DNA from: Thermodesulfobacteriota bacterium
GTDB taxonomy: Bacteria > Desulfobacterota_D > UBA1144 > Nemesobacterales > Mycalebacteriaceae
Assembly: GCA_965226585.1 (NCBI GenBank)
Contig: OZ245366.1
Coordinates: forward strand, 896,001 to 960,000
Length of the DNA: 64,000 nt
Direction: 5' to 3'
A program made the translations under genes and the position numbers. Shown here in pieces: positions 27,951 to 37,202 of the stretch (position 1 is the stretch's first letter; each line of letters opens with the position of its first letter). The notes beneath the pieces were generated by a model. It did not search any database, was not told the origin of the DNA, and saw only the letters and a list, made by a program, of their open reading frames with translations.

Positions 27951-28951
27951 AGAAAGACAATTTAACTGTTGCCGTAGTTGGCGCCACCGGAGCGGTTGGG
28001 CGCGAGATTCTCTCCATACTTGAGGAAAGGGATTTCCCCGTCCGGAGTGTGAGGCTTTTCGCGTCTGAACGTTCGGAGGGAAAGGAGATTGAGTTCCGGG
28101 GTTGCGCGGTCGGTGTTGAGACGGTTTCGCCCGGATGTTTCAAAGGCGTTGACATTGCCGTCTTTTCGGCGGGCGCTTCAAACAGCAAGGCGCACGCCCC
28201 CTCAGCGGCTGAGGAAGGCGCGATTGTTGTGGACAACAGTTCGGCATTCAGAATGGACAATGACGTTCCCCTTGTGGTGCCGGAAATCAACGGGCGGGTG
28301 CTGGATGAAATTCCGCCCCGCCGCATAATCGCAAATCCCAACTGCACAACCGCGATTGCCGCGATGGCGATTAAGCCCGTCCACGACATGGGGACGGTCA
28401 GAAATGTTATAGCGACAAGTTTTCAGTCCGTTTCGGGAGCCGGCGCGGGGGGAATATCTGAGCTTGAAAACCAGACACGCGCCTGGCCCGGAGAGGCTGA
28501 GGCAAACATTTTTCCGGCGCGGATAAATCACAACATCATCCCGCAAGTGGACGTTTTCCTTGACAACCTCTACACAAAAGAGGAGATGAAACTGCACAAC
28601 GAAACCAGAAAGATTCTGGATGCGGACATGAACGTGAGCGCGACCGCCGTGAGGGTTCCCGTTATGAGGGCGCATTCGGTTTCAATACATCTGGAGACCG
28701 AAAAACCCGTTTCCCCGGGTGAGGCGGCGGACGCGATTGACGGCTTTCCGGGGGTGCGTGTTGTGAAAGACGGCGGCTATCCGATGCCGATTGACTGCTC
28801 CGGCAAAGACGACTGTTTTGTCGGCAGAATACGGCGCGACATAACTGGAGAAAACCGCCTTTCTCTGTGGGTGGTGGGAGACCAGTTGCGCAAAGGCGCC
28901 GCGCTTAACTCGGTTCAGATAATGGAGCGGGTAGTCAGACGCCATGCATAG
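27947..28951 (+). CDS. asd: Aspartate-semialdehyde dehydrogenase
   Basis: VVGATGAVG, DNSSAFRM, IIANPNCTT, QSVSGAG, DQLRKGAALN. Confidence 0.97.
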   Translation: MKKDNLTVAVVGATGAVGREILSILEERDFPVRSVRLFASERSEGKEIEFRGCAVGVETVSPGCFKGVDIAVFSAGASNSKAHAPSAAEEGAIVVDNSSAFRMDNDVPLVVPEINGRVLDEIPPRRIIANPNCTTAIAAMAIKPVHDMGTVRNVIATSFQSVSGAGAGGISELENQTRAWPGEAEANIFPARINHNIIPQVDVFLDNLYTKEEMKLHNETRKILDADMNVSATAVRVPVMRAHSVSIHLETEKPVSPGEAADAIDGFPGVRVVKDGGYPMPIDCSGKDDCFVGRIRRDITGENRLSLWVVGDQLRKGAALNSVQIMERVVRRHA

Positions 28952-29492
28952 CATCCTGCTTTCCATAAAAGAGAAAATTACCGCCCTCTTCTCCTCAAAA
29001 ACTCAGCCGGAAATTCACTCCGCCCTGCGCGAACAGTTGGAAAAAAGAACCGCCGCCGCAGATGAAAACATTCTTCACGCCCTGAAGGCTGAAAAAATTT
29101 TCCATAAAAATGCCGCCTCTTTTGCCGGAGAAACTTTCTTCCGTGTCGTGATTGTTCTGACGGATAAACGAATTCTTGTTCTCAAAGATTCTTCCTCTTA
29201 TCACGAGTTGAAGATTTTTCCGCTCTTCTCGGTTGAGAGTTGCGCCGCGCAGTCTGACACCGGAAAACCGGCGCTGACCGTAACTCTGGCGGGCGGAGCG
29301 GAAAACAGGTGTGTTTTCTCATCAGCCGCAGATGCGGACGTTTTTGAAGAAAGTCTGGCGGAGTTTATTTCCCCGCCGGAAAAGGCGGATGCCGTGTGCG
29401 GAGATTGCGGAAACCGGGTTCCGGCGGACGCAAAATTCTGCGCCTCTTGCGGAAAGCCGCTTGATTTTAGCGGCTCTGAAAATACAATGTGA
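28944..29492 (+). CDS. Hypothetical protein, PH-like domain plus C-terminal zinc ribbon
   Basis: IVLTDKRILV (bacterial PH-like) and CGDCG-x8-FCASCG. Overlaps the asd stop. Confidence 0.7.
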   Translation: MHSILLSIKEKITALFSSKTQPEIHSALREQLEKRTAAADENILHALKAEKIFHKNAASFAGETFFRVVIVLTDKRILVLKDSSSYHELKIFPLFSVESCAAQSDTGKPALTVTLAGGAENRCVFSSAADADVFEESLAEFISPPEKADAVCGDCGNRVPADAKFCASCGKPLDFSGSENTM

Positions 29493-29522
29493 TTGTCCGG
29501 CGTTTTCCCGGAGACAGACACT

Positions 29523-30398
29523 ATGCTTCACGGTTCACTTGTAGCCCTTGTTACACCATTCAAAAAAAACCTCTCGCTCGACGAGGCGGCAATTGAGCGG
29601 CTTGTTGAGTTTCACAGAAAAAACGGCACTCACGGCATCATTTCGTGCGGAACCACCGGAGAGTCCGCCACACTTTCACACGGCGAGCACAAAAGGGTTG
29701 TGGAACTGACCGTAAAACTGTGCGGCGGCAAACTTCCCGTGGTGGCGGGAACCGGCTCAAACAGCACGGACGAAGCGGTTGACCTGACGCGCTTTGCCGA
29801 AAAAACCGGCGCAGACGCCGCCCTTGTTGTCGTTCCGTATTACAACAAGCCGTCTCAGCAGGGGCTTTTTGTCCATTTCGGAAAGGTCGCCTCAAGCGTG
29901 GGCATTCCCATCATTCTCTACAATGTGCCGGGACGCTCAGCCGCTAACCTTCTGCCCGAAACGGTTGCGCGCCTCAGGGCGAAATACAAAAACATAGCGG
30001 GAATAAAAGAGGCTTCATCCATTGAGCAGGCGTCAAAAGTTATGTATCTGTGCGGAAAAGATTTCCCGCTTTTTTCAGGCGATGACGCGATTAATTTTCC
30101 GCTTCTGGCTCTCGGAAGCCGGGGCTCCATCAGCGTTACGGCAAACGTTGCGCCGAAGGATATGGCGAATATGCACAACCTTTACGCAAAGGGCGAAACT
30201 GCGCGCGCGGCAAAACTTCACTACAAACTTCTGCCCCTGAACGAGGCGTTGTTTGTGGAGTCAAATCCGGTTCCGGTGAAAACCGCCCTCTCTCTTATGA
30301 AGATGGACACGGGGGTTTTGCGGCCTCCTCTGTGCGCTCTCTCTCCCGCGAACAGAAAGTTGCTTGCCGCCGCGCTGTCTGATTACGGCATTGTTTAA
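29523..30398 (+). CDS. dapA: 4-hydroxy-tetrahydrodipicolinate synthase
   Basis: ALVTPF, GTTGESATL, PYYNKP, LYNVPGR, GIKEAS, ESNPVPVK. Confidence 0.96.
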   Translation: MLHGSLVALVTPFKKNLSLDEAAIERLVEFHRKNGTHGIISCGTTGESATLSHGEHKRVVELTVKLCGGKLPVVAGTGSNSTDEAVDLTRFAEKTGADAALVVVPYYNKPSQQGLFVHFGKVASSVGIPIILYNVPGRSAANLLPETVARLRAKYKNIAGIKEASSIEQASKVMYLCGKDFPLFSGDDAINFPLLALGSRGSISVTANVAPKDMANMHNLYAKGETARAAKLHYKLLPLNEALFVESNPVPVKTALSLMKMDTGVLRPPLCALSPANRKLLAAALSDYGIV

Positions 30399-30409
30399 AG
30401 TGAAAGAAA

Positions 30410-31006
30410 TTGCCTGTTAACGGACTTTCATATGAAAAGGAAATTCGCTCGCTCGGTTTTGTTCCAGCCGGTGTGGATGAGGCGGGAAGAGGTCCCATCG
30501 CGGGTCCCGTTGTTGCCGCCGCGGCTGTTCTGCCCGAAGACTTTCATCTCGGCGGCATAGACGATTCAAAAAAGCTGTCGCCCTCTCAAAGAGAAAAGAT
30601 TTTCCACGCTCTCACGGAAAACGGGGTTGAATACGCGGTGGGCGTGGCGCAGGCGCGGGAGATAGATGAGATAAACATTCTCCGCGCCACTCTGAAGGCG
30701 ATGGAACGCGCGGTTGAGAAGTTGCGCTCTCTGCCCGGATTTCTGCTTATAGACGGAAACTGCACAACGGGGCTTTCAATGGAACAGCGTTCAATAGTCG
30801 GTGGAGACGGCAAATGCATGTCAATCGCGGTCGCGTCTGTTGTGGCAAAGGTTACGCGAGACAGAATGATGGAGGAACTTCACGAAAAATACCCCGTTTA
30901 TAATTTTCTGAAGCACAAGGGCTACCCGACCGCCGAGCACAGAGGGCTTGTTGAGGAGCACGGCCCCTGCCCTGAACATAGAAAAAGCTTCAGATTAACC
31001 GTATAA
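30410..31006 (+). CDS. rnhB: Ribonuclease HII
   Basis: GVDEAGRGP, DDSKKL, LIDGN, AKVTRD, HKGYPT. Confidence 0.96.
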   Translation: MPVNGLSYEKEIRSLGFVPAGVDEAGRGPIAGPVVAAAAVLPEDFHLGGIDDSKKLSPSQREKIFHALTENGVEYAVGVAQAREIDEINILRATLKAMERAVEKLRSLPGFLLIDGNCTTGLSMEQRSIVGGDGKCMSIAVASVVAKVTRDRMMEELHEKYPVYNFLKHKGYPTAEHRGLVEEHGPCPEHRKSFRLTV

Positions 31007-31053
31007 CCCCTTGAAATCACAACAGTCCGTAAATATCATTGTTTGCCGTAGCA

Positions 31054-31416
31054 ATGTCCGCAGATTCACAACAAGAACTGAAACAGCTTCCCGACAGGCT
31101 TTATTTCAAAATCGGGGAAGTGAGCGAGTACACGGGACTCAAGCCCCACACAGTTCGTTACTGGGAAAAAGAGTTTGAGCAGGTAAAGCCCACCAGAAGA
31201 CGCAACCAGCGTTTGTACGACAGGGAGACCATCTACCTTCTGCTTAAAATCAAAAGAATGCTCCACAAAGAGAACTACACAATTGCGGGGGCGAGAAAAA
31301 AACTCAAAGAGGGACTTCCCGTTTCAGACGCCAGAAAGCGGGACGAGGACATTCTATCTTCGGTTCTCAAGGATTTGGAGGAAATTAAAAATCTTCTGGA
31401 CAATAAACAGTTATAA
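31054..31416 (+). CDS. MerR-family transcriptional regulator
   Basis: LPDRLYFKIGEVS...VRYWEKEF...YTIAGARKKL. Confidence 0.9.
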   Translation: MSADSQQELKQLPDRLYFKIGEVSEYTGLKPHTVRYWEKEFEQVKPTRRRNQRLYDRETIYLLLKIKRMLHKENYTIAGARKKLKEGLPVSDARKRDEDILSSVLKDLEEIKNLLDNKQL

Positions 31417-31433
31417 TCCCTGCCAAATTAAGT

Positions 31434-31510
31434 CGGGGCGTAGCGCAGCCTGGTAGCGCACCGGTCTGGGGGACCGGTGGTCATCGGTTCAAATCCGGTC
31501 GCCCCGACCA
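31434..31510 (+). tRNA. tRNA-Pro (GGG)
   Basis: CGGGGCGTAGCGCAGCCTGGTAGCGCA-CCGGT-CTGGGGG-ACCGG...CGCCCCGACCA. Confidence 0.97.
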
Positions 31511-31518
31511 CCTTTTTT

Positions 31519-32289
31519 ATGCCAAAACGCACAAGAATACTCATATCAAACGACGACGGGATTAACTCTCCCGGAATTGAAGCCCTTGCGCAGTCGCTTT
31601 CAAGCATAGGCGAGGTCATAGTTGTCGCGCCCGACAGAGACCAGAGCGCCGCAAGCCACGCTCTGAGCATACACAGACCCCTGCGCGCGGAGAAAGTGGC
31701 TCCAAACAGATACAGCGTTGACGGCACGCCGACCGACTGTGTGAACCTCGCGGTGAACGGTCTGCTTGAGGGACGCCGCCCTGACCTTGTGGTTTCGGGC
31801 ATCAACAAGGGGGCGAATGTGGGAGATGACGTTACTTATTCCGGCACGGTCAGCGCGGCAATGGAGGGAACGCTTTTGAGGATTCCCTCCATCGCGGTTT
31901 CCACTTCGGGCAAAAGTGATTTTAATTTTGAGCCGGCGGCGGATTACGCGAGAGCGGTGGCGGAATTTGTTCTCAAAAACGGACTGCCCAACAACACCAT
32001 GCTCAATCTGAATGTTCCCAATATGCCGATTGAAGAGATAAAGGGCGTGAAGATAACGAAACAGGGCAAAAGATATTACGATGACAAGATAATAAAGAAG
32101 AAAGACCCCAGAGGCAGAAACTATTACTGGATAGGCGGTGACGAGCTGGCTTTCAGGAAAACGCCTGATTCCGATATCCTCTCCCTGAAAAACGGCTGGA
32201 TATCCGTAACCCCCATTAAACTTGATTTTACCGATCATTCGTATTTTGAGATGCTCAAAAAAAATCACATAAAAGACCTGAAAAAATGA
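31519..32289 (+). CDS. surE: 5'/3'-nucleotidase SurE
   Basis: ILISNDDG, GTPTDCV, SGINKGANVG, YSGTVSAAMEG, DPRGRNYYW. Confidence 0.97.
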   Translation: MPKRTRILISNDDGINSPGIEALAQSLSSIGEVIVVAPDRDQSAASHALSIHRPLRAEKVAPNRYSVDGTPTDCVNLAVNGLLEGRRPDLVVSGINKGANVGDDVTYSGTVSAAMEGTLLRIPSIAVSTSGKSDFNFEPAADYARAVAEFVLKNGLPNNTMLNLNVPNMPIEEIKGVKITKQGKRYYDDKIIKKKDPRGRNYYWIGGDELAFRKTPDSDILSLKNGWISVTPIKLDFTDHSYFEMLKKNHIKDLKK

Positions 32290-32867
32290 GGTTCCTGAAA
32301 GATCTCTACCACAGTTTTCTCGCGCTCGCGGAAAAGCCCTATGCCAGTTTTATTCTGGGCGCGGTGGCTTTCGCAGAGTCCGTTATTTTCCCGATTCCCG
32401 CAGATGTTTTACTTCTGTCCATGTCTCTCGGCAAACCGTCTCACGCCATCAGATTCGCCCTTGTTTGTTCGGTGTTTTCCGTGCTCGGAGCTTGCGCCGG
32501 TTTTTTTCTCGGCAAGTTTCTGTGGGATCTGGTTTCCGAGTGGTTTCTCGCTTTTATTTTCAGTGAAGCGAACTTCAACGCGGTTGGTGAACTGTTCAAG
32601 GCAAACGCCTTCACAACAATTCTCACGGCGGCTTTTACGCCGGTTCCGTTCAAGGTTTTTACAGTCGCGGGGGGGGTGTTCAACATCAATTTCGCCGCTC
32701 TGGTGGCGGGGTCTGTTATTGGCAGAAGCGCGCGGTTTTTTCTCCTCGCCGGTCTTGTGTGGAAGTTCGGCGAAGACATCAAGCCCTTTATTGACAAGCA
32801 TTTCAACACCCTCACCATTATTTTCACCCTTGTCGTCATCGCGGTTCTTATTTTGTTTGGAAGATAA
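32286..32867 (+). CDS. YqaA/DedA (VTT domain) membrane protein
   Basis: AFAESVIFPIPADV, AAFTPVPFKVFT, GRSARFF. Confidence 0.88.
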   Translation: MRFLKDLYHSFLALAEKPYASFILGAVAFAESVIFPIPADVLLLSMSLGKPSHAIRFALVCSVFSVLGACAGFFLGKFLWDLVSEWFLAFIFSEANFNAVGELFKANAFTTILTAAFTPVPFKVFTVAGGVFNINFAALVAGSVIGRSARFFLLAGLVWKFGEDIKPFIDKHFNTLTIIFTLVVIAVLILFGR

Positions 32868-32912
32868 AAAACGGTGGAAATCGCGTATTTCGCCATTAAA
32901 CTTTATTACTGA

Positions 32913-33785
32913 ATGAGAGTTTTTGAAAGAAATATGGAGAACAGGAGGCGTCTGAGGAGAAGGCGTCTGAAAATCTCCCTCACGGCGGCGGTGATTTTTC
33001 ATCTCCTCCTGATTCTGATTGTCGGCTTTATGTCGTATTCCCTGCTTGTCGTTCCCGTTGCGGACAATGAAAGCGATCTTCTGCTTGAGATAACCGACTA
33101 TGTGCCGGAAGAAGAGGAATCTCCCGACACCCCCGTCAAAGACCCCAAAGCGTATTCCACAAAGTCACGCCAGTCTGAAAAAAACGAGGTTAAACGTGGA
33201 AGTTTCGGCACTCCACTGCCGTCAATGATTCCCCGTCCCGCAACTTTGCCGCCTTCGGGAGGCAGGAATGACGAAGACACGGTCGCGGACATTTCCATCT
33301 CAACCCGCAAGCCGCTCTCTTTTAACACCGACAAACAGTCCGTGCGCCGCCTTATAAAAGAAGCGGCGAGAGACAACCTGCAGAATATCTACACCCCGGA
33401 CACCAGACGCCCCGGCAATGACGGCGACCACAGGGGGTTGTCAGATATTAACGATTTTAGCGTTATAAGCCCGCAGGATAAATACATCTCGTATCTGCAG
33501 AAGTTCAGAAACAAGGTTCAAAATGTCTGGAGACCCGACTACGCCCTGCGCCGCTCTCCCGCCCACCGGGGCATTACAACCGTTCTGTCTGTGGAGATAC
33601 GCAGAGACGGCGAGGTTGAAAATGTGGAAGTGGCGAAATCTTCGGGGGTTTTCGAGTTTGACACCGAGGCGATAAGAAGCGTTTTTGACGCAGGTCCTTA
33701 CAGCGCTTTCCCGCCGAGCTGGGAGGGACAGCCAACCTTCAAGTTTAAGTTCGGTTTTCAGGCAATAGACAAGGGGCCTATTTGA
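32913..33785 (+). CDS. TonB/TolA C-terminal domain protein
   Basis: N-terminal TM containing His, long acidic/Pro linker, YLQKFRNKVQNVW...IRRDG...SSG..EFD.EA...AGPY..FP. Confidence 0.78.
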   Translation: MRVFERNMENRRRLRRRRLKISLTAAVIFHLLLILIVGFMSYSLLVVPVADNESDLLLEITDYVPEEEESPDTPVKDPKAYSTKSRQSEKNEVKRGSFGTPLPSMIPRPATLPPSGGRNDEDTVADISISTRKPLSFNTDKQSVRRLIKEAARDNLQNIYTPDTRRPGNDGDHRGLSDINDFSVISPQDKYISYLQKFRNKVQNVWRPDYALRRSPAHRGITTVLSVEIRRDGEVENVEVAKSSGVFEFDTEAIRSVFDAGPYSAFPPSWEGQPTFKFKFGFQAIDKGPI

Positions 33786-34803
33786 AAACAACGCCGCCGC
33801 CGGTTTTCTCAACCTTTCCGGCAACAAACGCCCCTTCACAGCCCTCTTCTTCAAGTTTTTTTATGATGCCGCCGGAGTCCGCAGGGTCGGCCGTGAGGGT
33901 CATTCCTATTCCGCAGTTGAAGGTTTCAAACATATCGCTTTCATCAAGCCCGGCGCATTCGCGGACAAGGTTGAATACGGGGGGAATTTCCCATGACGAT
34001 TTTTCAATAACCGCCGTGAGCCCTTCGGGAACAGAGCGCGGGATGTTGCCCGTCAGTCCGCCTCCCGTTATATGGGCGGCAGAATGTATGTCAAAACTCC
34101 CGAACACCCCGGCAAGGGGGCGGACGTATATCCGTGTCGGCTCAAGAAGTTCATCGGCAAGCGGGCGCGAAAGCCCGGGCGCAACGGAGAAAAGTTCGTG
34201 CTCTTTAAGAACGGACTCTCTTATAAGCGAGTAGCCGTTTGAATGAATTCCGCTTGAAGGCAGAGCGATAATGTCGTCTCCTGCGGCAACTCCGTCTCCG
34301 CTTATGTAGCGGTTTTTATCCACTATGCCGACAGAAAAACCCGCGAGGTCAAATTCTCCGCCCGCGTAGAAACCGGGCATCTCAGCCGTTTCCCCGCCGA
34401 GAAGAGCGCAGCCCGCTTCCTCACAGCCGCCCGCGATTCCTTCAACAACCTCCGCCATTTTCTCCGCGTCAAGCCGGGCGGTTGCTATGTAGTCAAGAAA
34501 GAACAGCGGTCGCGCGCCGCAGGTGATAACGTCATTCACGCACATCGCCACAAGGTCTTTGCCGACCGTGTTGAACCTGCCGGCGGCAAACGCTATTTTC
34601 AATTTTGTTCCCACCCCGTCTGTGGCTCCGGCGAGATACGATTTTTTATCGGGAAGCAGATAGGCGCCGCAAAAACCGCCGTATGATTTCAGGACGTTTC
34701 CGTCATGCGTTTTTTGCACAAATGGTTTAATGAGACTGACAAACCTGTCCCCCTCTTCCGTGCTGACGCCGGAGCCGGAGTATGTCAGTTTTTTTTTCGG
34801 CAT
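33778..34803 (-). CDS. purM: Phosphoribosylformylglycinamidine cyclo-ligase
   Basis: TDGVGTK, PLFFLDY, GGETAEMPG, SSGIHSNGYSL, HITGGG, TFNCGIG. Confidence 0.97.
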   Translation of the reverse strand: MPKKKLTYSGSGVSTEEGDRFVSLIKPFVQKTHDGNVLKSYGGFCGAYLLPDKKSYLAGATDGVGTKLKIAFAAGRFNTVGKDLVAMCVNDVITCGARPLFFLDYIATARLDAEKMAEVVEGIAGGCEEAGCALLGGETAEMPGFYAGGEFDLAGFSVGIVDKNRYISGDGVAAGDDIIALPSSGIHSNGYSLIRESVLKEHELFSVAPGLSRPLADELLEPTRIYVRPLAGVFGSFDIHSAAHITGGGLTGNIPRSVPEGLTAVIEKSSWEIPPVFNLVRECAGLDESDMFETFNCGIGMTLTADPADSGGIIKKLEEEGCEGAFVAGKVEKTGGGVVFK

Positions 34804-34818
34804 AGATACCGCCCGCCG

Positions 34819-34959
34819 CTACCAGGGCAACTTGTTCATCAGTGGCGCGATAACGGGACCGAAGAACGCTACTGAAACAATAACCGTTACAAAGCCCGCG
34901 ATGAAAAGCACTATCTTGGCGACAATCAGTTTTGTAAGGGTGTCCAGAAATTTATCCAT
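34819..34959 (-). CDS. 46-aa membrane peptide directly after actF (not in ORF track)
   Basis: MDKFLDTLTKLIVAKIVLFIAGFVTVIVSVAFFGPVIAPLMNKLPW*. ATG 3 nt after the actF stop, GGAGG upstream, fills the actF-purM gap. Confidence 0.7.
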   Translation of the reverse strand: MDKFLDTLTKLIVAKIVLFIAGFVTVIVSVAFFGPVIAPLMNKLPW

Positions 34960-34962
34960 GCT

Positions 34963-36159
34963 TCAGTGCCCTCCGTGGTGTGAATTCGGCCCGTCAAAGA
35001 AAGGGTCTCCAAAAGGAATTGCCGGAAACTTTTTCAGGAAGAAAAGAACCGCTCCCAGAAACACTCCCGCAAAACCAAGCGTTATCAGAATCTGAGGCAT
35101 TGACATCTCAAGAGTGGACGTGAGAGACGGCGTTACGAAAAGGAACTTGTCCATCCACAGCCCGCACAGGAACACCGTTGATATGAAAACCGCTATGGGG
35201 GTTACAATTTTGTGAGTTCTCGGCATGAACGATATGAACGGAAATATGAAACAGCACGTGAACACCGCCCACGCGAACGTTTTGAACGGCTCTTCCGCTA
35301 TGCGTTTGACAACAAAGCCGGTTTCTTCAGGCATGTTGGCATACCATATCGGCAGAAGTTGCGAGAACATCAGATACGCCCACAGAAGCGCGAAACCGTT
35401 GAGCATTTTCCCTATGTCCCAGTAGTGGTAGTCGCCGAGATAGTCTTTGAGGTTCAGGTAGCGCGAGAGTCCGACTGAAACAATCAGTGTCATTCCCACG
35501 GCGGACACAAGGCCGCCCATAAAGTAGTAGGGTCCCAAAAGCGTGCTGAACCAGTACGGGTCAAGAGACATCATAAAGTCCCATGAGAAAAGGCTGAAAA
35601 CCACCGCGTACGCGCCCACTATGTAAGGAGCCAGTTTTTTCACGTCTGAAAAACTGCCCTTTGCCGGATTTATTTCAAGAAGCAGAGAGCCCTTTACGTA
35701 TTTGTAGGTGAGGAAAAGAAGAAAGGCAAAGCCGAGAACGTTTCTGAGAAAAACAAAGGGCATATTGAGCCACACGTCTTTGGGGGCGTGATAGTGGTGA
35801 GTCGCGTACGGAAGCAGTTTGTCTGAGCCGATAAATATCAGTATCAGAATCAGCATGGAGAACGGAAGGAAGAAACTGAATGATTCGCTTATCCTCAGGA
35901 AAGACCTTCCCCATCTGGCGTTTGTGATTCTGAGCACGCACGAGAATATGACACCGCCCTGGGCGAGAGCCGTCCAGAAAAGGAAGTTTATCAGCAGGAT
36001 ACGCCACGCGCCTTCCGCTTTGTCGGGATCTGCCGCCGCAACGGCAAACGCCACCGCGCCCGCCGCGCCCACCACGCCAAGAAACCATAACAGCCACGAC
36101 GGAATCCGCCCGGTTTTACCAAGCACGGCGTTTCGTGTCATTTCAGTTGTATCACTCAT
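34963..36159 (-). CDS. actF: Alternative complex III subunit F
   Basis: Polytopic NrfD paralogue: WDFMMSLDPYWFSTL, DIGKML, WAYLMFSQLLPIWYANMPEE. Confidence 0.9.
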   Translation of the reverse strand: MSDTTEMTRNAVLGKTGRIPSWLLWFLGVVGAAGAVAFAVAAADPDKAEGAWRILLINFLFWTALAQGGVIFSCVLRITNARWGRSFLRISESFSFFLPFSMLILILIFIGSDKLLPYATHHYHAPKDVWLNMPFVFLRNVLGFAFLLFLTYKYVKGSLLLEINPAKGSFSDVKKLAPYIVGAYAVVFSLFSWDFMMSLDPYWFSTLLGPYYFMGGLVSAVGMTLIVSVGLSRYLNLKDYLGDYHYWDIGKMLNGFALLWAYLMFSQLLPIWYANMPEETGFVVKRIAEEPFKTFAWAVFTCCFIFPFISFMPRTHKIVTPIAVFISTVFLCGLWMDKFLFVTPSLTSTLEMSMPQILITLGFAGVFLGAVLFFLKKFPAIPFGDPFFDGPNSHHGGH

Positions 36160-36160
36160 T

Positions 36161-36691
36161 TTAATTTTCCCGCCCTTTCCTTTCGTTTTGCAAGTGTCTT
36201 ACGTAGTTCACAATGTGCCACGCGTCTCCCTGCAGAGGCATATTTTCCGCATAGGCTGGCATCATCACTTTTCCGCCGTACATTATGTAAGCGTAGATAA
36301 ATCCGTCTGTTCTCGCGACAACCGACTGCCCCGTCAGGTCAACCGGGTAGAAGCCGTGCCCTTTTTGAATTATCAGCCCGTCTCCGCGCCCTTTCTGTCC
36401 GTGGCATGAAACGCAGTTGTACACAAAAAGCTCTTCGCCCCTTTTGACTGACTTCTCAGTCGCCTCAACGGGCGATTGCGCCACCGTTTCTATCTCCTCT
36501 CTGGGAACTTGAGGGGTCGCGTTTTTGCTCAGCGAATTCTGCGGATACAGAACCGGTTTTTCATAAGGGTCTGAAGACGGCTGAACCCACATATCAAGCG
36601 ACCACGGAAACGCCATGGCATTTCCGGGCAGTATCACCGCTGCGAGGGCAAGCGCGAAAAAAGCCGCAATTCCGGTTCTACGCGGAGTCAA
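36161..36691 (-). CDS. actE: Alternative complex III monoheme cytochrome c subunit E
   Basis: DMWVQP, single CVSCHG..GRGDG, DGFIY..I..G...MPAY, WHIVNYVR. Confidence 0.88.
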   Translation of the reverse strand: MTPRRTGIAAFFALALAAVILPGNAMAFPWSLDMWVQPSSDPYEKPVLYPQNSLSKNATPQVPREEIETVAQSPVEATEKSVKRGEELFVYNCVSCHGQKGRGDGLIIQKGHGFYPVDLTGQSVVARTDGFIYAYIMYGGKVMMPAYAENMPLQGDAWHIVNYVRHLQNERKGREN

Positions 36692-37202
36692 ACTTTACCT
36701 CCTCCGCTCCGCCTGAGAGCATAATCTCGCGCGCCGCTTCGCTTTGTTCATCATCGGGGCAGACGACCATCAAGCCGAATTTGTCATCGGAAAATCTCGG
36801 GTCGTACATCGTAACCGGGCTTCTTCTGCGAAGCAGTGAGTTTATAAGCAGTCCCATAAGGGTGAAAAGCGCGCCCATGAGAATTGTGAGTTCAAATATT
36901 ATGACCGTGAACGGCAGGATGGACACAATGGGTTTCGCGCTGACCTGTATGGGCCAGTCGCTTGCCGAAATCACCGTGAAGGCAACCCCGGAAGACGCGC
37001 CGAGAAGCGCGCCAATCAGCGTGAAAAATCTCACCGGGCTCTCCGGTTCGCCCGCTATCTCCTCTATCTCGTGGCTGGGAACCGGAGAGAAAACCCTTAT
37101 GTTCTGAAAGCCCTTTTCTTTGAGGGATTTCATGCAGTCCGCAAGCGTGTCCATGTGCGAGTAGACTCCCAGCACACCGTTTTTCAAAGCGTTTCTACTC
37201 AT
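36678..37202 (-). CDS. actD: Alternative complex III subunit D (DUF3341)
   Basis: FSPVPSH, DWPI..SAKP, FELTIL, YDPRFSDDKF. Confidence 0.9.
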   Translation of the reverse strand: MSRNALKNGVLGVYSHMDTLADCMKSLKEKGFQNIRVFSPVPSHEIEEIAGEPESPVRFFTLIGALLGASSGVAFTVISASDWPIQVSAKPIVSILPFTVIIFELTILMGALFTLMGLLINSLLRRRSPVTMYDPRFSDDKFGLMVVCPDDEQSEAAREIMLSGGAEEVKFDSA

